NCBI GenBank assembly: GCA_011364965.1
Contig: RDOB01000004.1
Span: forward strand, 1-64,000
Length of the DNA stretch: 64,000 nucleotides
DNA from: Candidatus Heimdallarchaeota archaeon
GTDB taxonomy: Archaea > Asgardarchaeota > Heimdallarchaeia > Hodarchaeales > Hodarchaeaceae
Direction: 5' to 3'
Of the stretch, positions 1 through 10,463 are shown piece by piece. Under the pieces are notes generated by a model. The model was not told the origin of the DNA. It made no database searches and worked only from the letters and a program-made list of their open reading frames with translations. Every line of letters starts with the position of its first letter. Position 1 is the first letter of the stretch. Made by a program: the position numbers and the translations under genes.

Positions 1-1
1 C

Positions 2-862
2 ATTTTTACAGCATATAGTGAAAAATTAAGTCTTACAACTCTCTTCCAAGATGCATTTACCTTGGTATCAGCCTTCAAAGCTCAAGATCAGGATTTATTA
101 GATAACCTAGGACAAAATGATCAGAAGCTGATCCTCCTAGACAATGCATTCTCTATCTTTCGCCTTCTTCCCAAGATATTGTCCTTCGATAGTGATTCTT
201 TACTTCACAGTCCCAAGATCATTGCTATTATGGATAGTACGGAATTTGAGATTTACCGTCGTTTTTGTATAATTCAGGGTGATCGCAGCTACCGATGTTT
301 ACATCGATTTCCACGATTTTCTGACGCTGAGATCGAAAAATTACTCCTAAAGCGCGTTCTTATTTGTAATGATCAAGAGGAATTAGCATCCCACACTAAA
401 ATGCTTATTAGAAACATCGCTCCAATTGCTTCTGGTAATCCTGGATTAGCAATTCGCATTTTGAGTGAAGTTCTTACTTTTACCCAAACCTTAGAAGAAA
501 TTCAATTCTCCTTTGGGCTAGATCCAACGTTGATTAATGACTTTCCTCCTAGCAAAGCTGCTATTTTACGGGAAATTTTGATTCGTGAAGTCCAAAAAAC
601 CGCTCAATTAGTAAAAGATCAAGATTATCTTATTCATAAAGAGCTTACAACCCTTATGAACAAAACTAAGAGTACTATTAGTCACCATTTAGGAGATCTT
701 CTTAATCGTAATTTAATTTATGAGCAACCAACAACACGAGATCGTAGGGTGCGAGCATATCGACCTAATTCTGCGATCTTCGGTATATTAGAACAACTTG
801 CTTTTGAAACATCTTCATTTGATGATATATTTATTTCAACAGAAGGAATAAAACGTGAATAA
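2..862 (+). CDS. AAA+/P-loop-like protein with C-terminal winged HTH (5'-truncated by window edge)
   Basis: The frame is open from base 2 to the called start at 62. Walker-B-like LILLDNA, lid motif ASGNPGLA, and C-terminal wHTH (KELTTLMNKTKSTISHHLGDLLNRNLI...RDRRVRAY). Confidence 0.6.
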   Translation: MFTAYSEKLSLTTLFQDAFTLVSAFKAQDQDLLDNLGQNDQKLILLDNAFSIFRLLPKILSFDSDSLLHSPKIIAIMDSTEFEIYRRFCIIQGDRSYRCLHRFPRFSDAEIEKLLLKRVLICNDQEELASHTKMLIRNIAPIASGNPGLAIRILSEVLTFTQTLEEIQFSFGLDPTLINDFPPSKAAILREILIREVQKTAQLVKDQDYLIHKELTTLMNKTKSTISHHLGDLLNRNLIYEQPTTRDRRVRAYRPNSAIFGILEQLAFETSSFDDIFISTEGIKRE

Positions 863-1259
863 TAATTCAGACCCAATTGCGTTAGAACAATTGACTATTG
901 AATATTGTCGCCACCGCGGATTAAACTATGAACGTCCGAGGAGGTATGGAGAGAATAAAGTAAATTATTTAATTCCCAATGGCTCGGAAAACGAGAGTAT
1001 TGGTGTTTTAATTAAAGATTGGAAGCGTGCTGTCGGTGTTGATATCATTATTCGAGCTGAACAGGTCATGAAAGCTAGTCGATATATCAACAAGATGTTG
1101 ATCATTTCCAACGTGTTTTCTGACCCTGCGCGATCATTAGCTGAGAAAATTGGTATTTTTCTGTTGACTCGAAACGATTTATTAAAGATCCTGTCTTCAG
1201 ATCTTAGTCAGGCACTGACTGAGAAACAAGAAAATCGGGAGAATGTTTTACTATACTAG
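855..1259 (+). CDS. Mrr-like PD-(D/E)XK restriction-endonuclease-fold protein (catalytic motif appears degenerate)
   Basis: LEQL...VNYLI...IGVLIKDWKRAVGVDII...IISNVFSDPARSLAEKIGIFLL follows the Mrr_cat pattern, but the D and E/QxK positions read N and LIK. Overlaps the upstream gene by 8 nt. Confidence 0.6.
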   Translation: MNNNSDPIALEQLTIEYCRHRGLNYERPRRYGENKVNYLIPNGSENESIGVLIKDWKRAVGVDIIIRAEQVMKASRYINKMLIISNVFSDPARSLAEKIGIFLLTRNDLLKILSSDLSQALTEKQENRENVLLY

Positions 1260-1274
1260 CTTTATTTATTAAAT

Positions 1275-1709
1275 TTATTTATCTAGTTTGTAAGTGAGAA
1301 AAGTTAGACTTGGAATTTCCTTCTGTATACGTCTAAAGTGATAAAAATAATAACTATTCCGGGGAGTGAACGTTTCCAATAGATAGGGAGAGTTATCAGT
1401 CATTCCTAAGATCCTTTCAATCGTCCACTTTTCAAAATTGTCTCCCAATAAATAACATAATTCCTTTTGCTTCTGAAATATGAATGGAAGCATGAGCTGG
1501 CCTGCCAGGGGACTTGGAACGTAATTTTGCAAGAACCCTAGATCTTTTTTTAATACAATTGACTTTTCTTCATTAACAAGGTTAATAACAGGATTTATTT
1601 GAAGATCCCTCAATGAAAGTTTACTTTTAGGCAAATTATTTAAGATTTTTTGTTTTTCTGCCTTCCATAATCCATCTAGGATTTTTTGGGACACAATACT
1701 AACCTTCAA
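1275..1709 (-). CDS. DUF61-family protein
   Basis: LNNLP..KLSLRDL..P..., followed by an L.LP motif; size is typical of archaeal DUF61. Confidence 0.55.
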   Translation of the reverse strand: MKVSIVSQKILDGLWKAEKQKILNNLPKSKLSLRDLQINPVINLVNEEKSIVLKKDLGFLQNYVPSPLAGQLMLPFIFQKQKELCYLLGDNFEKWTIERILGMTDNSPYLLETFTPRNSYYFYHFRRIQKEIPSLTFLTYKLDK

Positions 1710-1827
1710 TGTTTATATGCAGTTCCTGTTGAAAAATGATTCATATTCTAAAGTTATTATCCTTCGGAGCTGAGCTATGGTTCTGTTGGGTATTTTCGTA
1801 ATTCAGGTTAACAGGATAGAATAAGGA

Positions 1828-3021
1828 ATGTTAGATCTCTCTTTGTCAGAAACTCACATCATGCTACAACAAAGCATTCAAGAATTTGTAGATACAGAAA
1901 TTAGGCCCATTGTAAAAGATTATGATATTAATCAAACCTTTATTCCTCCCTTGAAAAAGATGGCGAAACTGGGGATCTTTGGAGTATGTATTCCTGAAAA
2001 ATATGGCGGATCTGGTCATGATTACCTCGCACTTGCGCTTGTGTGTGAAGAACTCGAGAGAGGGGACAGCTCATTACGAGTTGCAGTTTCTGTTCATACA
2101 GGGTTGGTCTCCTTGGCTATTTTACAATGGGGAACTGAAGCCCAAAAAATACAATTTCTCTCTCCTCTTGCTCGAGGAAAGAAAATTGCCACATTTGGAT
2201 TAACTGAGGCAACTAGTGGTTCAGATGTTGCGGGGTTACAAACAACAGCTTTAAAATCGGGAAACCATTATATATTAAATGGATCGAAGATGTGGATCTC
2301 TTTAGCTGATACTGCTGATGTTTTTCTTATTATTGCTAGGCTAGATCAAGAAAAAAGGGGAACTAGCAATTTAGCAGCTTTTATTGTGGAAAAGGATTTT
2401 AGTGGCGTTTCAACTTCTCAAATAAAAAATAAACTCGGAGTGAGAGGTATGGATACTGGAGAGGTTTATTTGAAAAACGTTCGAGTTCCTTCAACACACT
2501 TACTTGGGAAAGAGGGGGAAGGATTTAAAATAGCAATGTCAGCTCTTGATAATGGTCGCTTTACTGTTGCTGCAGGAGCAGTTGGACTGATTAAAGCTTC
2601 ATTAGAGGAGTCAAAGCGCTATGCTCTCAGCCGTCAGGCCTTTGATCAGGAGATTGGAAGATTCCAATTGATCCAAGAACATCTTGCATATATACAAGCG
2701 GGATATGATGCTTCCCAATTATTAGTCTGGAAAGTAGCTTGGATGAAAAATCAAGGAATTCGTAATACAAGGGAAACTTCCATGGCAAAATGGATTGCTA
2801 CACATTATGCTCTTGACGCAGCGGATCGTGCAATTCAAATTCATGGTGCGTATGGATATACAGCTGATTTTCCTCTAGAAAGACATTGGAGAAACGCGCG
2901 AGGAGCACAAATATATGAAGGAACAAATGAGGTTCAAAAATTAATTCAAGCGTCCTATATCTTAGGATATCGACAGGATAGACCTCTCAGATGTGAGCTC
3001 CCTTCTTATTCAGCGAATTGA
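1828..3021 (+). CDS. Acyl-CoA dehydrogenase
   Basis: FGLTE..SGSD, LNGSKMWIS, GEGFKIAMSALDNGR, QIHGAYGY, IYEGTNEVQ motifs. Confidence 0.95.
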   Translation: MLDLSLSETHIMLQQSIQEFVDTEIRPIVKDYDINQTFIPPLKKMAKLGIFGVCIPEKYGGSGHDYLALALVCEELERGDSSLRVAVSVHTGLVSLAILQWGTEAQKIQFLSPLARGKKIATFGLTEATSGSDVAGLQTTALKSGNHYILNGSKMWISLADTADVFLIIARLDQEKRGTSNLAAFIVEKDFSGVSTSQIKNKLGVRGMDTGEVYLKNVRVPSTHLLGKEGEGFKIAMSALDNGRFTVAAGAVGLIKASLEESKRYALSRQAFDQEIGRFQLIQEHLAYIQAGYDASQLLVWKVAWMKNQGIRNTRETSMAKWIATHYALDAADRAIQIHGAYGYTADFPLERHWRNARGAQIYEGTNEVQKLIQASYILGYRQDRPLRCELPSYSAN

Positions 3022-3039
3022 ATGAATTTGAGTTTAGGA

Positions 3040-3759
3040 TTATCTTCTCCGTCGAAATTTCACTTCTTTCTCTTCAGATAGTTCTTCGGATGATCTCATG
3101 GAATCTGTCAGTTCTCGTAGTTCTTTTAATTGATCTTTTTCCTTCGTGATTCTTTCTTGTCTGCTGAAACTGCTGGAACGCTCTCCAGTCATAGCAGAGC
3201 GCATAGATCGGCTGGATCGATAACTCCAATATCCAAATCCTCCCAATAAGACTAGAGCACCTCCCCCAAGGATGACTAGCGTATCAACACCTCCAATCAG
3301 GGGTTTGGAGCTCGTTGTGGATGTTGTGGAAGTAGTAGTGGTGGTATTGGCTGACGCATCATAGACTATTTCAGTAACTGTAATCCGGAAATATAAATCA
3401 GCGCCATAAAGCTCGTGTGTAGGATCATTGGCATAACCATCAGCTGCGTTGATCTTGAAGGCCTTTGGTTGATTCACTGTTGCCCCAACAATACCTTCCT
3501 TGAATTTTTCTAAGAATCCCGCGTTAGCATCTGGAACTACTTCTAATACGTATGAAGGAACTGCATATCCTGGCCCTAAATATACATTGGATATTGGTCC
3601 CTGTTCTTTCAAATTGGAATAAGCTGAATCGAGGTATAACTCATAATATACATTAACAACGTCACCCCAATTCGCAGTACTAGCTGCAGTGGCATAGATG
3701 CTCACATTCAAATAGAAACTAAGAAGGATTGTGATAAAAACAACTTTTCGGGAAAACAC
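3040..3759 (-). CDS. Exported, membrane-anchored FKBP-type PPIase-like protein
   Basis: Signal peptide; FKBP-like GDVVNVYY...FKEGIVG...I.AADGY...L.G.DLYFRITV; Thr/Ser linker; TM helix; charged cytoplasmic tail. Confidence 0.65.
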   Translation of the reverse strand: MFSRKVVFITILLSFYLNVSIYATAASTANWGDVVNVYYELYLDSAYSNLKEQGPISNVYLGPGYAVPSYVLEVVPDANAGFLEKFKEGIVGATVNQPKAFKINAADGYANDPTHELYGADLYFRITVTEIVYDASANTTTTTSTTSTTSSKPLIGGVDTLVILGGGALVLLGGFGYWSYRSSRSMRSAMTGERSSSFSRQERITKEKDQLKELRELTDSMRSSEELSEEKEVKFRRRR

Positions 3760-3958
3760 TCTTAATTACCTTGTGTATTCTGATGATGAAGCATATATTA
3801 CTTGACCTTTAATTTCTTCCATATTCACTAAGATAACATAAATGTATAAGAGGATGAAGAGGTAAATCTCACTAAACACTCATGTCGTACACAAAATAAT
3901 GATGGCTTTTTAAGAAAGTATAATAAGTTTGCATTGAGGATTTTGAAATAATCTAAGG

Positions 3959-4486
3959 ATGAAAGGAATGACCAAGCGAAAACGAAAGAGAAAAACGCTC
4001 GAATTGCAACTACCTCTCGAAGAAGGGGTAACATACCTTTTTGAGGATGAAACTATTGCTAAAGCGTATGAAATATTCGTCAATTTCCTTTCAGAAGGGG
4101 GGACTGGACTCTGTATTACACGTACTTACCCTCCACGTGTTTTAAAGCAATATAACTTGGGAAATATACCAATAATATGGTTAACTAAGCAGAAATCTGA
4201 TGAAAATTTAGATCCAGTGCAATTGAGTCTGATTTCACATACAATTCAACAATTTATCTCGAAAGAGGAGGGTAGTATGGTAATTCTAGATGGTGTGGAA
4301 TATTTGATAACTCAAAATGAGTTTAAGCCTGTTCTTCGGTTTATTCAACACATTCGAGATGAAGTATTCACACAGAAAGCTAATCTACTTATTCCGCTTT
4401 CTCCAAATGCACTAGCTACAGCTGAAGTGAAATTATTAGAACGAGATCTAGAGTTATATCATGATGATTCTCACGAGAAGGGTTGA
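3959..4486 (+). CDS. DUF835-domain protein (inactive KaiC-like ATPase fold)
   Basis: GLCITRTYP, IIWLT, VILDGVEYLITQNEF, LLERDL motifs. The true start may be ATG 3968. Confidence 0.85.
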   Translation: MKGMTKRKRKRKTLELQLPLEEGVTYLFEDETIAKAYEIFVNFLSEGGTGLCITRTYPPRVLKQYNLGNIPIIWLTKQKSDENLDPVQLSLISHTIQQFISKEEGSMVILDGVEYLITQNEFKPVLRFIQHIRDEVFTQKANLLIPLSPNALATAEVKLLERDLELYHDDSHEKG

Positions 4487-5229
4487 GACCCGCTATGTCC
4501 ACAAAGATTGAGCTCATTAAAACTGGTATTGAAGGATTAGACGCCATTTTAGGCGGAGGATTTCCTTTAGGATGGGTTATCGTAGTTGCTGGGGGGCCTG
4601 GAAGCGGAAAAACTACTCTTGCCACTGAATTCGTTGTTCAGGGATGTTTGAAGGGAGAACCTGGAATTTTGGTTACTATGAATGAACCTCGTAACCATGT
4701 TTTAACTACAATGAAAAATTTCGGTTGGGATCTGTTATTTCTTGAACGTGAAGAACTTTTAACTATTCTAGATTATTCTGCAACGAATGTTTTATATTCA
4801 ATTCATAAACAGGGGATGAAAGATGGAGGACCGAGTTTAAATTTCATGATAGACCAATTGCAGGACAAAATTGATAGCACAGGGGCGATCCGTTTGATGA
4901 TAGATCCCTTGAATGCTTTCTCCTTTTTGTTTCATGATAAATTTTCAATGAGAAGAGAACTCCATAAGCTATTTGGTATGCTCGCAGGACGCAAAACTGT
5001 TTCTCTGACTACTTTAGAATTGGGATCGAGTGATGCTCCATTTACAGTAGAAGAATTTCTTGCTTATGGAGTAGTTAGGATTTACAATAAAAAAATCGGA
5101 AGACATCGTGAAAGATCTATTGAAGTGATTAAATTAAGAGGACTTAATCAGGAAAGATCTACCTATCCTTTTGAAATTGGTGCAAATGGATGCCGTGTGT
5201 ATGAAAGTACTGAAACTTTCGATTTCTAG
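4483..5229 (+). CDS. KaiC/RAD55-family single-domain ATPase
   Basis: TGIEGLDAILGGG, Walker A GGPGSGKT, RLMID, R.IEVIKLRG. Confidence 0.9.
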   Translation: MRPAMSTKIELIKTGIEGLDAILGGGFPLGWVIVVAGGPGSGKTTLATEFVVQGCLKGEPGILVTMNEPRNHVLTTMKNFGWDLLFLEREELLTILDYSATNVLYSIHKQGMKDGGPSLNFMIDQLQDKIDSTGAIRLMIDPLNAFSFLFHDKFSMRRELHKLFGMLAGRKTVSLTTLELGSSDAPFTVEEFLAYGVVRIYNKKIGRHRERSIEVIKLRGLNQERSTYPFEIGANGCRVYESTETFDF

Positions 5230-5252
5230 AAAGAAATGCTAGTCTAAAAATG

Positions 5253-6557
5253 CTAGTTCATCGAATGAGAAAATGAAATTTTTAGTTTCACTTCATAAAA
5301 TTGTAAACAGATTTGTCCATTTTGTAGATTAATTTCGATTTCTCCTTGATTGATCCAGATCCAAATTAATTCAGCTGTAGCAATGGGGAAGATGTTAACA
5401 GAAATTGGAATTTCAACCAATTCATGATAGTCTACCTGTGTTGTGACATTGGAACTACCATTTCCAACTACCTGAAGTTCATCGCCACCCAGTTTGTGTG
5501 AAAAATCAAAAGAGATTGCCCAAGGTTCTCCCATTGTAGGTGTAATATTATAACCCCACAGTGGTTCTCCTTGAAGCCCAATGTCTATATCAAAGGCAAT
5601 TGTACTCCCTTCTATTGCGAGATTTCGTATTCCTAAAATTTCAAGACTCGGTTCAAATCCGTTTTTCATATTAGGACCGTCATCTAAAGAAATTGTGATC
5701 AAATTTTGTCCGATGGCAAGTGTAACTGAAAAATCTGTAACCTCAAGTGTTGGTATTCCATCATTTAAGACCTGTTCGAATAACCAAGATAGTTCGGACT
5801 CCCCACTTTCGAATTGTATATCTATTGAAGACTTTTGTGTTGCTATTATTAAATTAGTCATATTTACTGTTCCTAGAATACCAAAATTAGGCGTAAAAAC
5901 GTCAAAACTTATTTTGGTGAGATTAAAATCAATTAAATGAGGATTAAAAGTTTCAATAGTGATTTCCAGTATATTTCCTGGATAAACTGGATGCATATCT
6001 ATTATTTTCAATGAAGGGAAGAAAGATACTTCTATTTTGTCAGATTCTATCTCAAACGATGAAGAAAATCCAAATAAAAAAATAAGTTCTCCTTTCAATG
6101 AAAAATTATCTCCTTCTGCCAATCTTGTTATTAAATTTTGAATATCTGATGTTATAAACTGAAAAGAGATGTTAACTACTTTTTGATTGGATTTTATATT
6201 AGTTATTGACTCTGTTGTGCCCTCAGCAATTATTTTCTCCATTCCTTGAGTGTGATCAATAATTTTACATTTGATTTGTCTGATTTGTATATCGAAGAAA
6301 GATGGAGTAGATAATTCTAGGGATATATCAGCTTTAATAGAATTATTTTCCAATTCTGTTATTTGAAATTCTGTTAATTCGAAATTAGGAAATGATGCGA
6401 GAGAAGTAAGATAATTGATGAGAATTAAGCCTGCAAACGAAAATAGGAAAATTAAGGTAATTATTACAACAGAGAATCCCCTGTGAGTAAAGAGGAATAT
6501 TTGAATTAATTTTAATTTGCCTTTTATCGAAGTAGGAATCATTGTTTTACGATCCAA
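5253..6557 (-). CDS. Single-pass membrane protein with tandem LEA_2-like beta-sandwich domains
   Basis: N-terminal TM helix followed by repeated beta-rich units (e.g. ITIETFNPHLIDFNLTKISFDV). Confidence 0.5.
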   Translation of the reverse strand: MDRKTMIPTSIKGKLKLIQIFLFTHRGFSVVIITLIFLFSFAGLILINYLTSLASFPNFELTEFQITELENNSIKADISLELSTPSFFDIQIRQIKCKIIDHTQGMEKIIAEGTTESITNIKSNQKVVNISFQFITSDIQNLITRLAEGDNFSLKGELIFLFGFSSSFEIESDKIEVSFFPSLKIIDMHPVYPGNILEITIETFNPHLIDFNLTKISFDVFTPNFGILGTVNMTNLIIATQKSSIDIQFESGESELSWLFEQVLNDGIPTLEVTDFSVTLAIGQNLITISLDDGPNMKNGFEPSLEILGIRNLAIEGSTIAFDIDIGLQGEPLWGYNITPTMGEPWAISFDFSHKLGGDELQVVGNGSSNVTTQVDYHELVEIPISVNIFPIATAELIWIWINQGEIEINLQNGQICLQFYEVKLKISFSHSMN

Positions 6558-6702
6558 ATTCTCTAAGTAATTTCAAGTTCATTGAATTTGTTCCGATACC
6601 AATTATATACAAAATATTTTTTAATTGTTATAGCATTATTCTCATTTAGTTTTCACGGTTTAAAATTGTTATCTAATAAACTATTCCAAAAGAGGTGAAA
6701 AT

Positions 6703-7485
6703 ATGGATAATGAATCATCATCAGAATTAGTTCTGCGATCGGATCCAGATAAGACTATTTGTGAATGTACGACTGAAATATCTCCTGATTGGATCGTAGT
6801 AGGATTTCCTGGACATGGATTAGTAGGTAATATTGCAGCAAAACACATAATTAAAGAACTTAATTTAAAATGGATTGGCTCTATACGTTCTCCATTGATT
6901 CCGCCTGTTTCAGTATTTATTGACGGAGTACTAGCATACCCTTACCGAATTTATGGATGTAAAGAAAGGAGAATTGTTGTTTTAATTGGAGAGGCTCCCT
7001 GTCCACCGCAAGCATATTACTATATGGCACATGCTACACTTTCTTGGGCAAAATCTATAGGAACGAAACAGGTCGTGTGCCTTGATGGTTTTATGGCAGA
7101 TCCTCGGGAAGGAAAAACAGATGGGGTCTTTTTAGTTGCAGAACCCGAGCTTTATGAAGGGGATAATGAATTAACTCGTTTAGGATTTCCTAAACCGCAT
7201 ACTGGATTCATTTCTGGACTTTCTGGAGCAATTATGAATGAAGCATTACTTACTTCGATTCAAGGTTATTCGCTGCTTGTACCTCTAACCAACCCCTATC
7301 CAGATCCAGGAGGAGCTGCCTTACTTATAGAGGCATTAAATAAAATAAAAGGGCTTGAAATTGACACAACGCCTCTACTAGAAGACGCAGAAAGAATCCA
7401 AAAATCTTTACTTGAACTAGCAGAAAAGAATCAAGCAATTTCCCAAGGAGAGGTATTAACTCCAAGTAAAGGATTATATGTCTAA
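6703..7485 (+). CDS. PAC2-family proteasome assembly chaperone
   Basis: VGFPGHGLVGNIAAKHII, P.RIY, ISGLSGA, YPDPGGAA. SD-like GAGGTG upstream. Confidence 0.9.
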   Translation: MDNESSSELVLRSDPDKTICECTTEISPDWIVVGFPGHGLVGNIAAKHIIKELNLKWIGSIRSPLIPPVSVFIDGVLAYPYRIYGCKERRIVVLIGEAPCPPQAYYYMAHATLSWAKSIGTKQVVCLDGFMADPREGKTDGVFLVAEPELYEGDNELTRLGFPKPHTGFISGLSGAIMNEALLTSIQGYSLLVPLTNPYPDPGGAALLIEALNKIKGLEIDTTPLLEDAERIQKSLLELAEKNQAISQGEVLTPSKGLYV

Positions 7486-7501
7486 ACTATAGTAGTAATT
7501 C

Positions 7502-8011
7502 TTACTTCGAGACTCTCCAATCAAGTAAAAGATCCCAGTTATCAAAGAAAGGCATTAGAGCTTTTGAAATCTTATTAGTATATTTTGCTTTGACCCCTTT
7601 TTTGATAAGTTCCATATCTTCGATAGGGAGGGAGAGAATCCATTTATCTTCCTTAATTTCCATTTTGTGTTTTTTTGTAAGACTCAGGAATTCAGTTGAT
7701 GAAATGACAAAATGGTGTTTTTGCATACTTCCTTCTTCATCTGGAAGTCTTATAGCTAATATGATGAAGCTTTCATTACTCATGAAAAATGAGATCTCTA
7801 ATTCCCATGTAACATCTACTTCAGTTTTATGGGGACTGCAAACCTTAATGTCTGCATACCGTACTAAATCCCCGTTCTCAGACCGTATTACCATATCCAC
7901 TTTTCCTGAACTTGCATACGGACTGAATGACTCAACACCCATTTGATACAAAATAATCTGAGTATCTAATTCGTCAAGACCCTCTAATGAGAATTCTTCT
8001 CCTGGTTCCAT
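7502..8011 (-). CDS. Hypothetical protein, possible PD-(D/E)XK fold
   Basis: KVDMVIR...YADIKVC resembles a PD-(D/E)XK core; weak. Confidence 0.4.
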   Translation of the reverse strand: MEPGEEFSLEGLDELDTQIILYQMGVESFSPYASSGKVDMVIRSENGDLVRYADIKVCSPHKTEVDVTWELEISFFMSNESFIILAIRLPDEEGSMQKHHFVISSTEFLSLTKKHKMEIKEDKWILSLPIEDMELIKKGVKAKYTNKISKALMPFFDNWDLLLDWRVSK

Positions 8012-8270
8012 TAATTTTTGACCCCGAGCTGACCCTAAGTGAAATTATTTACTCTGTTCTTTATCAGGTATGGATGTTCATGAGCTAGATAATTTATCCT
8101 TATGTCAAAAATTATCATGATTTGTCTAATAAAAAGGTTTTGAAATTTATTTCAAGAAGAGTAAATTCCGCTTTATTTATCTAACCATTCAAATCTAGCA
8201 ATTTGGGGAGAACCTAATGTAAAATTTTCACCCTAACCATTTTGCCAATCAATTCTAGCTCTACCATTTA

Positions 8271-9278
8271 TTATCTTGGTATATGACGGGGAGAGATCCT
8301 TTCATGACAAATAGGACAATGTCCGAACACTTTCAACCATTCTAAAAGATGATTACTATGGAAGGCATTCTCACAATGAGGACATGTTATACGGGGTTCT
8401 GAAGACTGAATGTTATGTCTACATATAACGCAATGGCTTATTTCTGTTCTTGATATGGTTTGTACCCGAGAACTGGTTCGAATTATTTGGTTAACTGCTA
8501 AAATTGAATCCCCGTTTGTTTTTTGAAATAAACTCCCACTTATTTCTCCTTGATCTAATGCATGATTTAATATCTGGTTTATTAATTGAGAATCTATCGT
8601 TTTGTCTTTAAAGTACTTCATTACCTTATAGACAAGGTAATCTGACTCAATTTGATTCCTAGGACGATTAATAATCTTATCAATCGAGTTGTATAAAATT
8701 CTTTTTGTATCAATCAGAAAGAGGATCTTTTCTCGTTTTACTTCTATCGTATCCAAGGTATTAGAAGCAAATTTTTGTATCGCATGCAGAATTGATTGTA
8801 TCTCTTCTGTATTCATTGGAGCTGAATTTATATAGAGTTCAGTTGAACAGTCATCCATCAACGTTTTTATTTCAGAATGTAGTTCTTCTAGTTGCAATAA
8901 TACTTCCTTGAAAACACTTAATGGTTGCATAGGTTCAACTAATTCCACTAAAACAGCTGTTTTTTGAACTTTAAGTCTTCTTTCTCCTAATTCTTCAATA
9001 TAACGAGAAACTTCAATAAAAAAGGGCTTTCTAAAATGCTTATTAATTAGATAAACGCCAGTTATTATTGCTAAACAGCTTCCGAGTATAAAGATTTGAT
9101 CAATATTAGTGATTACACCTGAATTGAATCCAGTAAGAAGAATAAACCCACTGGATACTAAAACAATTAGAATGATGACATTTCCTGTGGTTTTATTCCG
9201 TGCGAGTCGAGAAAGTTTGGTGATGTTTGAAGCCATACCTACACCTTTAATAACACAGGAGCAAATGAAATAGATCAC
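8271..9278 (-). CDS. Membrane-anchored RING-finger protein (putative E3 ligase)
   Basis: Two N-terminal TM helices, a coiled/helical middle region, and C-terminal CVIC...CPHC...FH..H..EWL...CPIC. Likely start is ATG at 9236. Confidence 0.8.
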   Translation of the reverse strand: MIYFICSCVIKGVGMASNITKLSRLARNKTTGNVIILIVLVSSGFILLTGFNSGVITNIDQIFILGSCLAIITGVYLINKHFRKPFFIEVSRYIEELGERRLKVQKTAVLVELVEPMQPLSVFKEVLLQLEELHSEIKTLMDDCSTELYINSAPMNTEEIQSILHAIQKFASNTLDTIEVKREKILFLIDTKRILYNSIDKIINRPRNQIESDYLVYKVMKYFKDKTIDSQLINQILNHALDQGEISGSLFQKTNGDSILAVNQIIRTSSRVQTISRTEISHCVICRHNIQSSEPRITCPHCENAFHSNHLLEWLKVFGHCPICHERISPRHIPR

Positions 9279-9353
9279 TATATTTCTAACTGGAAACTTA
9301 ATAAGCTCGTCTAGAAAGTCTTTCCGAATGAAATTTAGGAAATAGCGGGAAAG

Positions 9354-10286
9354 CTAAAATTCTTGAAAATGAGGAGTTTTAACCAGTGAATTGCGATAAT
9401 TGCGATCTATTGTTGAATTGGACAAAACTACTGTATGATTTATGTTTAAGTTTTGTTTAACTTCCGTATTATCCCCGATAATTGAATTTTTTATAGTCGA
9501 AGAAGCATCAATTTCAACATTAGAGCCAATGATATTACGATTTTTGGCCAATTTCTTTGTTCTTGAAAGAAATTGCATATTATGCCACCATAGATCAAAC
9601 GGAGTACTTATGTGACAAACCCTCTTTGTTATGACACCTCCAACTCTATGGCCTTGTGTTATCGTTTGATTTATTGCGGTCGCCATCTCATATTCATCCC
9701 GTTTACTTTTTTCTATTCCCTTTAAAATGTCAAAGATTCCAGATTTAAAGGCATAAAAAGCTGAGGAATTATACTTACTTAATACCTGTTCTGGAGTTTC
9801 AGGTTTCTCTCTTATTTGCCAAACCCGTCCATTTTGATATTCCACTGTTGACGAATAGCGCATCTGTTCAAAATTCATATACTCTAATGATAGTGTTATA
9901 GCGTTTATGTCTTTTTGATGGATTTTTGCCAATTTTTTGATGAATTTGGAAGAAAAAAGAGAATCCCCTGCAATTACAAGAAAATCCTCAGTTGAAAGCT
10001 GTTTTTCAATTTGTAAGACAGCATGTGCTGTTCCAAGTGGTTTTTCTTGAACTATGAAGTTAATCCCAAAATCAGGGAAATTGCGTTGTATGTAAGTGGG
10101 GATCTGATTCTCCTGCTTTGAAATGATTATTCCAATAATATCTATTCCTGCGTTAATCAGCCGTAGAAGTGAATGTTCAAGTAATGGTTTATTAAGAATA
10201 GGCAAAAGGGGTTTTGGAATGCTTTCAGAAAATGGTAAGAGCCTAGTACCCTTCCCGGCAGCTAGAATAAAAGCAGATATTGACAT
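9354..10286 (-). CDS. Sugar-phosphate nucleotidyltransferase
   Basis: ILAAGKGTRLLP...PKPLLPI, QEKPLGTAHA, EKP, and a C-terminal left-handed beta-helix. Confidence 0.92.
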   Translation of the reverse strand: MSISAFILAAGKGTRLLPFSESIPKPLLPILNKPLLEHSLLRLINAGIDIIGIIISKQENQIPTYIQRNFPDFGINFIVQEKPLGTAHAVLQIEKQLSTEDFLVIAGDSLFSSKFIKKLAKIHQKDINAITLSLEYMNFEQMRYSSTVEYQNGRVWQIREKPETPEQVLSKYNSSAFYAFKSGIFDILKGIEKSKRDEYEMATAINQTITQGHRVGGVITKRVCHISTPFDLWWHNMQFLSRTKKLAKNRNIIGSNVEIDASSTIKNSIIGDNTEVKQNLNINHTVVLSNSTIDRNYRNSLVKTPHFQEF

Positions 10287-10463
10287 AAATCCGTCATGTA
10301 TACTGCTCTAATTGAGTTGAAAATCGTTTTTGAATTCAAAAGCTTAAAAATATCATTCAGATATATACCTTGATTAGAGGTTTTTTAATAATCTCATTAA
10401 TCTTATCTCCAACAAGATAATCTTTATCGGTTATTTACTCATAAATCGATCCTTGGAAAGTAA

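Noticed and set aside
3308-3350. Short tandem-repeat-like DNA (GTA/GTG/GTT triplets)
   Set aside because: It simply encodes the Thr/Ser linker of the FKBP-like protein.
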